Virus record (IMG/VR): IMGVR_UViG_3300020055_000004
Length of the DNA stretch: 64,000 bases
Origin: a virus
Strand: one strand, 5' to 3'
Each line of letters starts with the position of its first letter. Within the stretch, counting starts at the first letter, position 1. Shown piece after piece: positions 30,465 to 39,659 of the stretch. A program made the position numbers and the translations under genes. Under the pieces are notes generated by a model, which saw only the letters and a program-made list of their open reading frames with translations, made no database searches and had not been told where the DNA came from.

Positions 30465-31079
30465 ATGCATGAAATTGAGAAGTTGACTCCCGGTCATAAT
30501 CTCCAGCGATTTGGTGTTTATGAAAATGTATTTGATGAAGATGAAATTAATAAAATTAGATTTTTTAAAAAAATTATTAATTTCGAATCTGGTGAAACAT
30601 ATTCTGAACGATCTGAAGGTAAAAAAGTACCTGATTCTACAGATAAAGTTCGGGATTGCAAAGTAGCAAGCCTTCATAGAGAACAAAATACAAATATAGT
30701 CTATGAAAAAATTGGTCATTTAGTTGGCAGAGCTAACTATGATCATTTTCTTTATCCAATTATAGGTATGGAAGATATTCAATATGTTATCTACGACGGG
30801 CCAGGCACTAAATATGATCCACATACAGACGTTCTATTACAAGGCTATAGACCAAAAGATAGAAGAATTTCTGGTATTGTTATGCTATCTGATCCTGAAG
30901 ACTATGAAGGTGGTGAATTAACTATAGATTTAGATGGAAATGGCCATTTATATCCAATTGAATTGAAGAAAGGTGCTGTCGTGTTTTTTGACAGTCATAT
31001 GTTACACCAAGTTACTCCACTTATATCTGGCAATAGAGAAACGCTAGTGTTTTGGGTTTGGGGAGATAGTCAAATATAA
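30465..31079 (+). CDS. 2OG-Fe(II) oxygenase, prolyl-4-hydroxylase/PKHD-like
   Basis: HxD (YDPHTD), LSDPEDYEGGEL, distal His in HQVTP, 2OG-binding Arg in GNRETLVFW. Confidence 0.9.
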   Translation: MHEIEKLTPGHNLQRFGVYENVFDEDEINKIRFFKKIINFESGETYSERSEGKKVPDSTDKVRDCKVASLHREQNTNIVYEKIGHLVGRANYDHFLYPIIGMEDIQYVIYDGPGTKYDPHTDVLLQGYRPKDRRISGIVMLSDPEDYEGGELTIDLDGNGHLYPIELKKGAVVFFDSHMLHQVTPLISGNRETLVFWVWGDSQI

Positions 31080-31783
31080 TGTTTTTTAATAACGATAAAA
31101 TTGAATTTATTATTGAACCAGAATTGCATGAAGTTTTACCTGAGCCAGTACCTGCAAATAAACACATTCCGGAATGGTTTAGAAAGATTCCTTTAAAAAC
31201 TGAGCAAAGAACGAATACTATGCCGGGTGCCACGGCAAAAAAATGTTTGCCTATGTTGGATGCTATGACGCTTGGTTATATTGTGCCTCTTCAAGGCGAT
31301 GTTCATGTTATTACTAATGACGATTGTAGTGTATTATCTGCAGAACATATGCAAGATAGTACTTTACCATTTGTTGAAAGACATTCGTTTAGTCAACTTA
31401 AATCAACTGGTTGGAAAACTGGAAAACAAGATCCTTTAAAGTTTATAAATTATTATGGAATTAAAACTCCGCCTGGATGGTCGTGTTTATTTCAACCACT
31501 ACCTAGTGTCTGGAATTTACCATATACAGTTTTAAGTGGTGTTGTTGATACTGATCAATATCATAGTCCAGTTAATTTTCCAGTAATTTGGCATCAACCA
31601 AATTTTGATGATACACTACTCGCAGGTATGCCATTAGTACATGTCGTGCCATTTAAAAGACAAAAGCATAAACACATTATTAGACCTATGAATGAAAAAG
31701 AATGCAAACAGCGAGATAAACTTAATGTTGCAAATCGAACACGATTAGGAACTTATACAAAAGAATTGCGTGAAATAAGATGA
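31079..31783 (+). CDS. Conserved phage protein, DUF6065-like (dUTPase-like fold suspected)
   Basis: PVPANKHIPEWF, KKCLPMLDAMTLGY, IKTPPGWSCLF, SGVVDTD, AGMPLVHVVPFKR; paralogous to the next gene. Confidence 0.55.
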   Translation: MFFNNDKIEFIIEPELHEVLPEPVPANKHIPEWFRKIPLKTEQRTNTMPGATAKKCLPMLDAMTLGYIVPLQGDVHVITNDDCSVLSAEHMQDSTLPFVERHSFSQLKSTGWKTGKQDPLKFINYYGIKTPPGWSCLFQPLPSVWNLPYTVLSGVVDTDQYHSPVNFPVIWHQPNFDDTLLAGMPLVHVVPFKRQKHKHIIRPMNEKECKQRDKLNVANRTRLGTYTKELREIR

Positions 31784-32496
31784 TTGAAAATAATGTAGAA
31801 TTTTATGATATGGATGGCACATATTATAAATTGCATCCAATTCAAAAAGCGCGAACCTTTAATGCCTGTCCTCATAAAGCCGTGCAAAAAGAAAAATTTG
31901 GGAAAGAAAAATTTAATGATTGCCCCGGTATTGTAGATTATAAAAATCTAGGATGGATTTTGACAGCGTGGGATGAGATTCAGGTATTTAATGATGGTCC
32001 AAATACGATGGCATATGTAATGTCTAGAGATAAATCTGGAAATGAATCACATAAACCATTAGGTAATCAAGTATGTGGTCCTATGAGTGAAGAAATAGCT
32101 ACAGGTATACCTGATCAAAACTGCGCAGCTAACCCATTACATTTAACAACCCCTTGGATGGTGAAGGCAAAAAATATTTCATTATTAATTATGCCTCCTC
32201 ATTATCATTCGAATATAGTAGAGAAGTTATACATTTACCCTGGCGTAGTTGATTATTCAGAGAGATTTACTACACTCAATATTATTTTTAAGCCAAAAGA
32301 AAAAGGCAGTTTTACAATCAAAGCCGGTGAACCTTTAGTGCATATTATACCATTTAAGAAAGAAACATACAATGGTTTTTATGGTCCAATGGTAGAAAAA
32401 CGAGAAGCTAGATCTCGAGGATTCGCGAGTGTAGCTCAATGGTATAGAAAATATTGCATGCGAAAAAGCAATTATACATTAGAAGAGAAACAATAA
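31780..32496 (+). CDS. Paralogue of the preceding DUF6065-like protein
   Basis: CPGIVDY..LGW, PGVVDY, IKAGEPLVHIIPFKK; ATGA overlap with the upstream gene. Confidence 0.55.
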   Translation: MIENNVEFYDMDGTYYKLHPIQKARTFNACPHKAVQKEKFGKEKFNDCPGIVDYKNLGWILTAWDEIQVFNDGPNTMAYVMSRDKSGNESHKPLGNQVCGPMSEEIATGIPDQNCAANPLHLTTPWMVKAKNISLLIMPPHYHSNIVEKLYIYPGVVDYSERFTTLNIIFKPKEKGSFTIKAGEPLVHIIPFKKETYNGFYGPMVEKREARSRGFASVAQWYRKYCMRKSNYTLEEKQ

Positions 32497-33365
32497 TGTT
32501 TGCAAAAGAACAATTCGAAAAAGATTTTGAAGAAATTTATTTTAATGATAAGCTTATTGTTTTAAATAATTTTATAAGAGAAGAAGAGTGTTGTCATCTC
32601 GGTACAATTGGTGATTTTAAAAAATTAATATTATTTAAAGAAGACCAATTTACTTATTATTTTGTAACTGCACTATCTAAGATGCAAACAGATGAAATTC
32701 AATCTACTACAAATAGAATTCTAGAGGATTATAAAAATAATCCTCAATTTACTCCGCTTACTACAAAAAATCCTGATAGTGTAGAATTTGATGATCAAAA
32801 TCAAAAATCAGAAATATATCAAGATTTTATTAATTATTGTAAATTGTCATTAGAATATATTGAAAAAAATAATCAAACAATGATGATTAATAAATTTGAA
32901 ATTTTTAACAATCATGTCTATGAACTGTTACAATTTTTATTAAACCAATTTTATTGTAATCTTGAATATTATGGAGTCTGGCCTGTACGACCTGTTCATA
33001 CGAGTGGTTGTATTCAAGCTTATTATCATCCATCAAAAGATGCCGATAAACATTTACCGTGTGCTAAAACGTGGAGTAATTTTTTTCTAGGTGTAGATGA
33101 ATCATTTAAAATTATTGTTTATAAAAATAGATGTTCTGCATTATGCGATCATAGTTTTCCAGAAGATTGGGATGTTAGAGATTATCAAGTTTTTTTTGAT
33201 AAATTAGAGATAGAACAAGAAATTACAGTAAACAAAGGTGATATTGTTTATATTCCTGCTCATCAATACTACAGCATTGAACCACTTGGCGAAGCTTTGT
33301 TTTTTAATATACCTTTAATTCTAAAAGGTCCATATGCTACACACGGCATACAGGAAAAACCATGA
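32496..33365 (+). CDS. Cupin/JmjC-like protein, metal ligands apparently degenerate
   Basis: EITVNKGDIVYIPAHQYY cupin signature. Start moved from 32454 to ATG 32496 because of the TAATG overlap with the upstream stop. Confidence 0.55.
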   Translation: MFAKEQFEKDFEEIYFNDKLIVLNNFIREEECCHLGTIGDFKKLILFKEDQFTYYFVTALSKMQTDEIQSTTNRILEDYKNNPQFTPLTTKNPDSVEFDDQNQKSEIYQDFINYCKLSLEYIEKNNQTMMINKFEIFNNHVYELLQFLLNQFYCNLEYYGVWPVRPVHTSGCIQAYYHPSKDADKHLPCAKTWSNFFLGVDESFKIIVYKNRCSALCDHSFPEDWDVRDYQVFFDKLEIEQEITVNKGDIVYIPAHQYYSIEPLGEALFFNIPLILKGPYATHGIQEKP

Positions 33366-33961
33366 TTGAAAGAATTGATATATTTGTCGATAGTATTTTT
33401 AAAATGGTTTTTGATGATGTCAATTCTGAAGAAATTGTTAAATTTATGGATTATATTTGTAGTCAAGATGAGGGGAGGGATTTATCAAATATTGGAGGCT
33501 GGCAACGAGAATATAATATAAATGAAAATAAACATATAGATAATTTAATTGGTCGTATTAACGAAGCTGCCAATCAAATATGTAGAGATGCTTATGAATC
33601 TGATGTAAATGTAAAAGTTGATAATTTATGGATGAACATTAATTTCCAACATTGTTACAATATGCACCATTCTCATCCTGGCCCAACATGTGTTTTATCT
33701 GGTTGTTATTATCCAAGAAATGTAGAGCAAGAACAAGGTGAAATTATGTTTATTAGAAAAGGTGATTATTCATGGGCATTACAAAATGGCTCATTAGGCG
33801 ATGATTTATGCAATCCATTAATAACAACCGATCATTTTGAACCAATCACCGAAAAAAACACATGTTTATTTTTTCCTAATCATATGACACATGGCGTATT
33901 AATAAATCAAATAGAAAAACCTCGTTATTCGATCGCTTTTAATATAGTACGGTTCGAATAA
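33362..33961 (+). CDS. Putative 2OG-Fe(II) oxygenase (TIGR02466/PF13759-like)
   Basis: SNIGGWQ, WMNIN...YNMHHSHP, LSGCYY, LFFPNHMTHGV, RYSIAFN. Confidence 0.85.
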   Translation: MIERIDIFVDSIFKMVFDDVNSEEIVKFMDYICSQDEGRDLSNIGGWQREYNINENKHIDNLIGRINEAANQICRDAYESDVNVKVDNLWMNINFQHCYNMHHSHPGPTCVLSGCYYPRNVEQEQGEIMFIRKGDYSWALQNGSLGDDLCNPLITTDHFEPITEKNTCLFFPNHMTHGVLINQIEKPRYSIAFNIVRFE

Positions 33962-33962
33962 T

Positions 33963-33970
33963 TATAAATA
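33963..33970 (+). promoter_or_regulatory. T4-type late promoter TATAAATA
   Basis: Exact consensus, intergenic, followed by GAGGA and ATG 33996. Confidence 0.85.
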
Positions 33971-33995
33971 AAAGTAAAACGAGGACGTTTCTCTC

Positions 33996-34343
33996 ATGGC
34001 CCGTACCGAAGATTTAACCATAGTCGAAGGTGCTGACGCTACTATTAAAGTATTCATTGTTGACACAAATGGCGCAGCTAAAGACATTAATAATAAATTG
34101 TTTAGTGGAGGAATGAAGAAAACTTATTCTGATCCTACCACTATTTCATTCAGCACTGCTGTTGTAGACGCCAACGGTGGTGTAATTCAATTGAGTTTGA
34201 ACTCGACACAGACTAGTACACTCGATACCAGTGTGAGATATGTATATGACGTTGTTATGTACGAATCAGGAAATACAAATATAGAAAGAATTATGGATGG
34301 TAAAGTGTTTATTAAACCTAGCGTTACAATTTTAGGGAGTTAG
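33996..34343 (+). CDS. Small virion adaptor protein (BppU-N/Ig-like)
   Basis: LTIVEGAD, G.IQLSL...QTSTL...RYVYDV, RIMDGKV.IKPSVT. Confidence 0.65.
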   Translation: MARTEDLTIVEGADATIKVFIVDTNGAAKDINNKLFSGGMKKTYSDPTTISFSTAVVDANGGVIQLSLNSTQTSTLDTSVRYVYDVVMYESGNTNIERIMDGKVFIKPSVTILGS

Positions 34344-34346
34344 TAA

Positions 34347-35222
34347 ATGGCGATCATTCTACGTGCAGATGATGATGCTCTTACACACACTGAGCTTGAC
34401 GCAAACTTCACATCTCTTTTACCAACAACTAACGGCCAATTAGTAATTGGTAATACTGGAGCCGCAAGAAGTCCGACTATTGGTACTCTCACGCCAGGAA
34501 ATGGTATTGATATTACTAATGGTGCAGGATCTATTACAATCACAGCAGAAACTGCTAATACTACCAATGCCGGCGTAGTTGAGTTAGCCACCATCGCTGA
34601 AACAAATACTGGTACTGATGCTACTCGAGCAGTAACGCCTGATAGTCTCGATGGTTGGACAGGATCAACCAACGTAGCAACACTTGGTACTATAACATCT
34701 GGTACATGGCAAGGTAGTGTTATTGCTTCTGCTTATTTGGATGCTGATACCGCACATCTTTCGACTACACAGACGTTTAGCGGTGCAAAAACATTTAGTG
34801 CAGTTACTACAATTTCCAATGCAACTGCGTCTAGCAATACTAGCACAGGCGCTTTAAAAGTCACGGGCGGTGTTGGTATTCAAGGTGCGCTGTATGCCAC
34901 GTCTAAGTCATTCGACATTCCACATCCTACTAAAGAAGGCATGGGATTACGTCATGGATCATTAGAGGGACCAGAATTTGGTGTGTATGTGCGAGGTAAA
35001 ACTACAGAACAAGTTATCGACTTGCCAGATTATTGGGTAGGCCTTGTAGATGAATCAACAATCACAGTACAATTAACTGCGATCGGCCATCCTCAACATT
35101 TATGGGTTAAGAAAATAGAAAATAATCAAGTTCATATTCGTAGCGTAGATCAAGTTAATTGTTACTATCACATCTTCGCAGAGCGCAAAGACATCGATAA
35201 GTTAGAGGTGGAATATGAATGA
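34347..35222 (+). CDS. Short tail-fibre-like protein with conserved C-terminal domain
   Basis: LTHTELDANF N-terminus, GVVELAT..ET, STGALKVTGGVGI, C-terminal KSFDIPHP...LRHGSLEGPE...LPDYW...AERKDI. Confidence 0.7.
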   Translation: MAIILRADDDALTHTELDANFTSLLPTTNGQLVIGNTGAARSPTIGTLTPGNGIDITNGAGSITITAETANTTNAGVVELATIAETNTGTDATRAVTPDSLDGWTGSTNVATLGTITSGTWQGSVIASAYLDADTAHLSTTQTFSGAKTFSAVTTISNATASSNTSTGALKVTGGVGIQGALYATSKSFDIPHPTKEGMGLRHGSLEGPEFGVYVRGKTTEQVIDLPDYWVGLVDESTITVQLTAIGHPQHLWVKKIENNQVHIRSVDQVNCYYHIFAERKDIDKLEVEYE

Positions 35223-35325
35223 GTGTGCAATTTGTCATTGTGAATGCGAAGATATTTGTTGTTCACAAGAATGTCATGAAGAATTAGAAAGATTGAATAC
35301 GGCAGTAAATCAGGATGACGACTGA
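35215..35325 (+). CDS. 36-aa Cys-rich peptide MNECAICHCECEDICCSQECHEELERLNTAVNQDDD, absent from ORF track
   Basis: GAGGTGG Shine-Dalgarno before ATG 35215; its TGA overlaps the next ATG (TGATG 35323-35327); fills the gap exactly. Confidence 0.75.
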   Translation: MNECAICHCECEDICCSQECHEELERLNTAVNQDDD

Positions 35326-36014
35326 TGTCCGTAAAATTTGGAACAACTTCTAATTTAAGAGCTCTTCGAAAAATTGGTTCAGACATGGAAAGAGAGGGTA
35401 CTCAACAAAATACCATGACTTTTACCTTTCCTACTGGATGGCAAGCCGGCGACTTGGCCATTATTAGTGCATGGTGGGATTCATCAATTACCATTAGTAC
35501 ACCAACAGGATGGACAAGTATAGTAACAAATGAAGATGGATCAGAATATCCTGAAGGACAAACATTCTATAGAATTTTGCAATCAGGTGATAGTGGTTCA
35601 GTAAGTGTTGTTTCAAGCTTAGCCGATTACTATTCTGGTGTTATTCATATTTTTAGAGGCAATGCTCCAATATCATCTGTGACAATAGGTAACACTGCTT
35701 TTGCAGATGGTCCAAGCTCTTTAAATTCTACAATAGCCGCCGATTCTCCAGCTACAGTATCAGCAAATACAGTACGCCTTAAATTATATTTTTTAACAGG
35801 TAGGCAACAAACAACTTATATTCAAAATCCAATACCAACATTTACTCCAAATGATTGGACTGAATATTACGACGGCGAAAACAAAGTTACTTTGGATAAT
35901 ATGGATTGGTCATATAAAATATTATTGCCGGGTACTTTAGACGCCAGTAATCAGGTTACAACAAATGATACAGGGAGGCAAGGACATCATTTAGCGTCCT
36001 TGACACTGAGCTAA
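35325..36014 (+). CDS. Putative virion beta-sandwich/adhesin protein
   Basis: PTGWQAGDLAII, TPTGWT, FYRIL; translationally coupled on both sides. Confidence 0.55.
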   Translation: MSVKFGTTSNLRALRKIGSDMEREGTQQNTMTFTFPTGWQAGDLAIISAWWDSSITISTPTGWTSIVTNEDGSEYPEGQTFYRILQSGDSGSVSVVSSLADYYSGVIHIFRGNAPISSVTIGNTAFADGPSSLNSTIAADSPATVSANTVRLKLYFLTGRQQTTYIQNPIPTFTPNDWTEYYDGENKVTLDNMDWSYKILLPGTLDASNQVTTNDTGRQGHHLASLTLS

Positions 36015-36916
36015 TGGCAATTCCACAAAAATTTCTTCGTTGTCTTGTCGATGCTCGTAACTCAAAAAGTTATCCGGGCACAGGCACAGTATGGACTGAT
36101 ATATCAGGATATAATAATAACTTCAATCTCGCGAATGTAACTTATAATTCTGCTGGATATTTTACTTTTAATGGAAGTACAAGTAGTGGTACGATGACAC
36201 CATCTACACCAAATGGTTTCGGAGTTGATAATAGACAATCTACTGTTAGTGTTTTATGTAGACCGACTTTAAATACCGCTGCAAATAAGCCTATCATTAC
36301 CGACAACTATGGACCAGAGTGGGGCATATGGTACGATGGTGATGAATTTAGATCATATGTTTATGGCGGATCCGCTGCACAGGCACATTCTATCAATGGT
36401 TGGGCTAATGTTACGATGGTGGTTGATTATGTTGCAAGACCACCATTAACTTATACTGTGACTGGTGGTTCACACACTTCTGGAACAACAACTCTAAATG
36501 TCACTCACAATGGTAATTTTATTTATAACGCGTCTGGTCCATTAAATGATAGAATTACCGTATCAGGTCTATCACCTTCAGGCTATAACGGAACTTTTGC
36601 TTTAACTGGTGCAACGACCAGTACTATATCATATGCTCAATCAGATCCCGGTACATTTGTTTCAGGAGGTACCGCTACCACCAAAGTAGGCAATTATAGA
36701 TTTAAACAATATTTAAATGGTGTAGCTACAACTGATGCTACAGGCTCAGTAGGAAATGGATGTGATGATTGGCCTATTACTATCGGTTTTGATTCGCAAA
36801 GTGGCTCACCTGTTAATTATTTTACTGGTGATATTGCATGGATTGGTATATGGCAAGAAGCATTGAGTGCTGCTGAAGTAAATGATATTTACAACGCTCT
36901 TCGAGGTAGAATGTAA
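36014..36916 (+). CDS. LamG/concanavalin-A-like domain virion protein
   Basis: DARNSKSYPGTGTVWTDISG..N, FTFNG, YFTGDIA..IW..ALSAAEV..IYNA. Confidence 0.85.
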   Translation: MAIPQKFLRCLVDARNSKSYPGTGTVWTDISGYNNNFNLANVTYNSAGYFTFNGSTSSGTMTPSTPNGFGVDNRQSTVSVLCRPTLNTAANKPIITDNYGPEWGIWYDGDEFRSYVYGGSAAQAHSINGWANVTMVVDYVARPPLTYTVTGGSHTSGTTTLNVTHNGNFIYNASGPLNDRITVSGLSPSGYNGTFALTGATTSTISYAQSDPGTFVSGGTATTKVGNYRFKQYLNGVATTDATGSVGNGCDDWPITIGFDSQSGSPVNYFTGDIAWIGIWQEALSAAEVNDIYNALRGRM

Positions 36917-38319
36917 TGTCTATAAAAAATAGTATAGTTACAAATGGATTGACATTCTATTATGATATGTTTAATGATAAAAGTTTTCGAGGTGCGCCTA
37001 CTACAAATATCGAAGAAAACGGTAATGCTGATCGTAATATGACGCAGTCCGATGCCTTTTCTAGCTATAGTGGAACGGTATCAGGCGGCAGATGGGCCCT
37101 AAATCATCATGATGCTATTAAAGTTTACAATAGAGCCGGCTCTAATATTTCATCTAAAATTAATAGTGGTGTACAAAATTACAAAAACACATATCATGGT
37201 ATTTGGACATACGAAGAAGAATTAGGCTATCCGGTCGTTACGATGAGAGACATTGGTGACGGATCATGGATGTATGCTGGTTTTGGTATAGATGGCAGCT
37301 ACAATACTCCAGCCAAATGTGGTTTAGGTTTAGGTGATAATTACGTTATATCATGGGATCAATGGACTACAAATACGAGTAAATCAGCTAACTGTGGATT
37401 GTATGGTCAAAATACGACAGGAACACAAAACAATTTTCACGATGGATTATCTAATAGTTCCGGAACTGGTAAAAAATATAACACAAGAACACATACATGG
37501 GAAAGATTGTGGTGTATATTTACAATAGGTGCAAATCGTGGTTTGAACGCCACATGGAGCCAATATAATTATGGTCATTATGGCGGAAGAGGTATAACAA
37601 AAGTTGCTAATTGGCAGCTCGAAGTAGGTAATACTCCATCTAAATATGTTATACCTAAGACAGCAACTAGTACTCAAACTAGAAGTAATACAGAATCTAT
37701 AGTTGATTTAGCACCTAATCCTGCTGCTATTACACAGACTAATTTGACATATTCTATTGCAAATACGACTGATTTGCAATTACCAGAAAGATTTTCTTTT
37801 ACGAATAGTACGTCACGTTTAGACATCGAATCATCTGCGCTTTCTGCTCAGGCTTCGTCTGGTACATGGACAATTGATATATGGTTAAAAAGAACAGCAT
37901 TGAGTAGTGGTGATATCGACACATTTCTACAAACAGGTTCAGCAAATAATTTTCTTTGGTATTTTAGACAAACTACTGGCAATATAGAATTTGAAAATAC
38001 TGCTAAAGTTACGTGGAGTTTTACACCTACGACTGATGTCTATTATCACTTTGTAGCAACAGGATCTGGAGGATCTGTAGAAGTCTTTATAAATGGGGTT
38101 TCTCTCGGCACGCGTGCAACAACATCTACTTTTTCGATTGCATATGCAAATGGAATTTGTGTAGGTCAAGAATTAGATAGCAACTCAGCGACTCCTTCTG
38201 TTGATCCTAATCAAAGATTTCAAGGAGAAATACCTTCTATGAAATTTTATAATAGAGTTTTATCAGACACAGAAATACTACAAAACTTTAATGCATCTCG
38301 TGGAAATTACGGCGTATAA
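36916..38319 (+). CDS. LamG/concanavalin-A-like domain protein with inserted carbohydrate-binding-like domain
   Basis: IVTNGL.FYYD, WQLEVG..PS.Y, WTIDIW, FQGEI...KFYNRVLS..EILQNFNA.RG.YG. Confidence 0.8.
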   Translation: MSIKNSIVTNGLTFYYDMFNDKSFRGAPTTNIEENGNADRNMTQSDAFSSYSGTVSGGRWALNHHDAIKVYNRAGSNISSKINSGVQNYKNTYHGIWTYEEELGYPVVTMRDIGDGSWMYAGFGIDGSYNTPAKCGLGLGDNYVISWDQWTTNTSKSANCGLYGQNTTGTQNNFHDGLSNSSGTGKKYNTRTHTWERLWCIFTIGANRGLNATWSQYNYGHYGGRGITKVANWQLEVGNTPSKYVIPKTATSTQTRSNTESIVDLAPNPAAITQTNLTYSIANTTDLQLPERFSFTNSTSRLDIESSALSAQASSGTWTIDIWLKRTALSSGDIDTFLQTGSANNFLWYFRQTTGNIEFENTAKVTWSFTPTTDVYYHFVATGSGGSVEVFINGVSLGTRATTSTFSIAYANGICVGQELDSNSATPSVDPNQRFQGEIPSMKFYNRVLSDTEILQNFNASRGNYGV

Positions 38320-38322
38320 ATA
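38315..38322 (+). promoter_or_regulatory. T4-type late promoter TATAAATA
   Basis: Exact consensus overlapping the upstream stop codon; AGGA and ATG 38345 follow. Confidence 0.8.
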
Positions 38323-38344
38323 ACTATACACATAGGAAGATTAA

Positions 38345-38986
38345 ATGGCCACTACTGACCGCGATCTATTAATTACTCCAAATGATGGCAACGCTAGCAA
38401 TGATCCAAAGATCGAATTTAAAAGCGGCGGAACATCGGGAGATCCAATTACATTATCTGTAACAGATGATGGAACAACTACTACGCTCGATTTTAGTGGG
38501 TCGGCTGGCCAATTATTTTCAATTGCAAATGATTTGAGCGGTACAATTTTTGCTGCAGCTGATGGTTCTGGTGTACCAATAATTGAAGCAGATGCTGATG
38601 GCACCGTCCGGTTTGCTCCGTTTGGTGGTACAATTGAGGCTGGTGCACCTTTTAGAGAAAAAATAATTACATCATCTGGTACAACAGCAGCATTAGATTT
38701 ATCGGCCGGATCAGTTTTCTGGCATGTAGCTGGAGCAGGTACAACTACTTTTAGTTTTTCTAATGGTCCAGCATCAGGATATTCACAAACAATTACTGTT
38801 ATACATCAACAAGATAATACAGGTAGTCGAGCTGCATCTTGGCCTGGAGCTTTATATTGGGCAGAAAATGTAGAACCACCCGAATCTACTGGTGCCAGTG
38901 CTATAGATGTTTATACAATTAGTATTATAAATAATGCTGGGACGACTTATTATTGGGGTTCTCTGAGCATTAGAAACGCAAGTTAA
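38345..38986 (+). CDS. Short fibre/adaptor protein
   Basis: DLLITPN...PKIEF, FSGSAGQLFSIANDLSGTIF; C-terminal domain shared with 26907-28085. Confidence 0.65.
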   Translation: MATTDRDLLITPNDGNASNDPKIEFKSGGTSGDPITLSVTDDGTTTTLDFSGSAGQLFSIANDLSGTIFAAADGSGVPIIEADADGTVRFAPFGGTIEAGAPFREKIITSSGTTAALDLSAGSVFWHVAGAGTTTFSFSNGPASGYSQTITVIHQQDNTGSRAASWPGALYWAENVEPPESTGASAIDVYTISIINNAGTTYYWGSLSIRNAS

Positions 38987-38997
38987 AAATTGATTCT

Positions 38998-39005
38998 TAT
39001 AAATA
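38998..39005 (+). promoter_or_regulatory. T4-type late promoter TATAAATA
   Basis: Exact consensus, intergenic; a second copy lies at 38926-38933. Confidence 0.8.
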
Positions 39006-39017
39006 ATGGAGTAGATA

Positions 39018-39203
39018 ATGACTACGGGTAAAGATAAAACATTAGCCGAAAAATTAAAAGGCGCTGGTTTATCTGGTGTTCTAGAGGTTAAGAAAGCCGA
39101 CGGCACTGTAGCTAAACTTTATTTAAAGCAAAAAAACTCAACAGGAGATAGTTTAAATGGCGACATTAACACATCCAACAGCAACCAGGGACGCAATCAC
39201 TAA
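39018..39203 (+). CDS. Small hypothetical protein (61 aa)
   Basis: GGAG SD and a late promoter directly upstream; overlaps the next gene by 47 nt. Confidence 0.5.
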   Translation: MTTGKDKTLAEKLKGAGLSGVLEVKKADGTVAKLYLKQKNSTGDSLNGDINTSNSNQGRNH

Positions 39204-39558
39204 TACTGTCGTCGACCTTATTGACGGTGGCGCTTCAGCTGGAACGCTTGTATTCTTGACCGCTGCAGATGCAACGGTTGCAACTCTTACTTTTAGTGAT
39301 CCTGCTTTCGATGCGTCGGGTTCAGGCGGTGGTAACCCTGCTGGTGTAGCCACGGCTAACGCCATCACTGCTAATACGAACTGTAACGAAGGAACAATTA
39401 CTAAGTTTGAGGTTCGTGATTCGAACGCAGCAGTAGTTTTCCAAGGCGATGTATCTGACGATAACACTGGTACTGGTTCTATTCAGCTGTCATCTACAGC
39501 GATTGGTTCTGGTGACACATTGTCAGTAAGCTCACTTACTTACACCGCTCCAGCTTAA
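39157..39558 (+). CDS. Small putative fibre subunit (133 aa, Ala/Thr/Gly-rich beta protein)
   Basis: Strong GGAGA SD; VATLTFSDPAF, IQLSSTAI..GDTLSVSSLTYT pattern of small phage fibre proteins. Confidence 0.7.
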   Translation: MATLTHPTATRDAITNTVVDLIDGGASAGTLVFLTAADATVATLTFSDPAFDASGSGGGNPAGVATANAITANTNCNEGTITKFEVRDSNAAVVFQGDVSDDNTGTGSIQLSSTAIGSGDTLSVSSLTYTAPA

Positions 39559-39572
39559 TAGTATGAATCTCT

Positions 39573-39598
39573 TGGGTAACTACATATTCAGTTACCCA
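39573..39598 (+). other. Intergenic stem-loop TGGGTAACT-8 nt-AGTTACCCA
   Basis: Perfect 9-bp inverted repeat. Confidence 0.7.
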
Positions 39599-39614
39599 CA
39601 TGGTAAACTGAAAA

Positions 39615-39643
39615 GCAAACAGACCTACGGGTCTGTTTGTTAT
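39615..39643 (+). terminator. Stem-loop with cUACGg tetraloop (terminator/attenuator)
   Basis: CAAACAGACC-TACG-GGTCTGTTTG perfect 10-bp stem, UNCG loop, weak T-rich tail. Confidence 0.75.
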
Positions 39644-39659
39644 GCATGGGAGATGATCG

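Noticed and set aside
21219-38986. Diversity-generating retroelement acting on fibre genes
   Set aside because: No reverse transcriptase and no template/variable repeat pair with adenine-specific differences were seen; the duplications differ mainly at synonymous positions.
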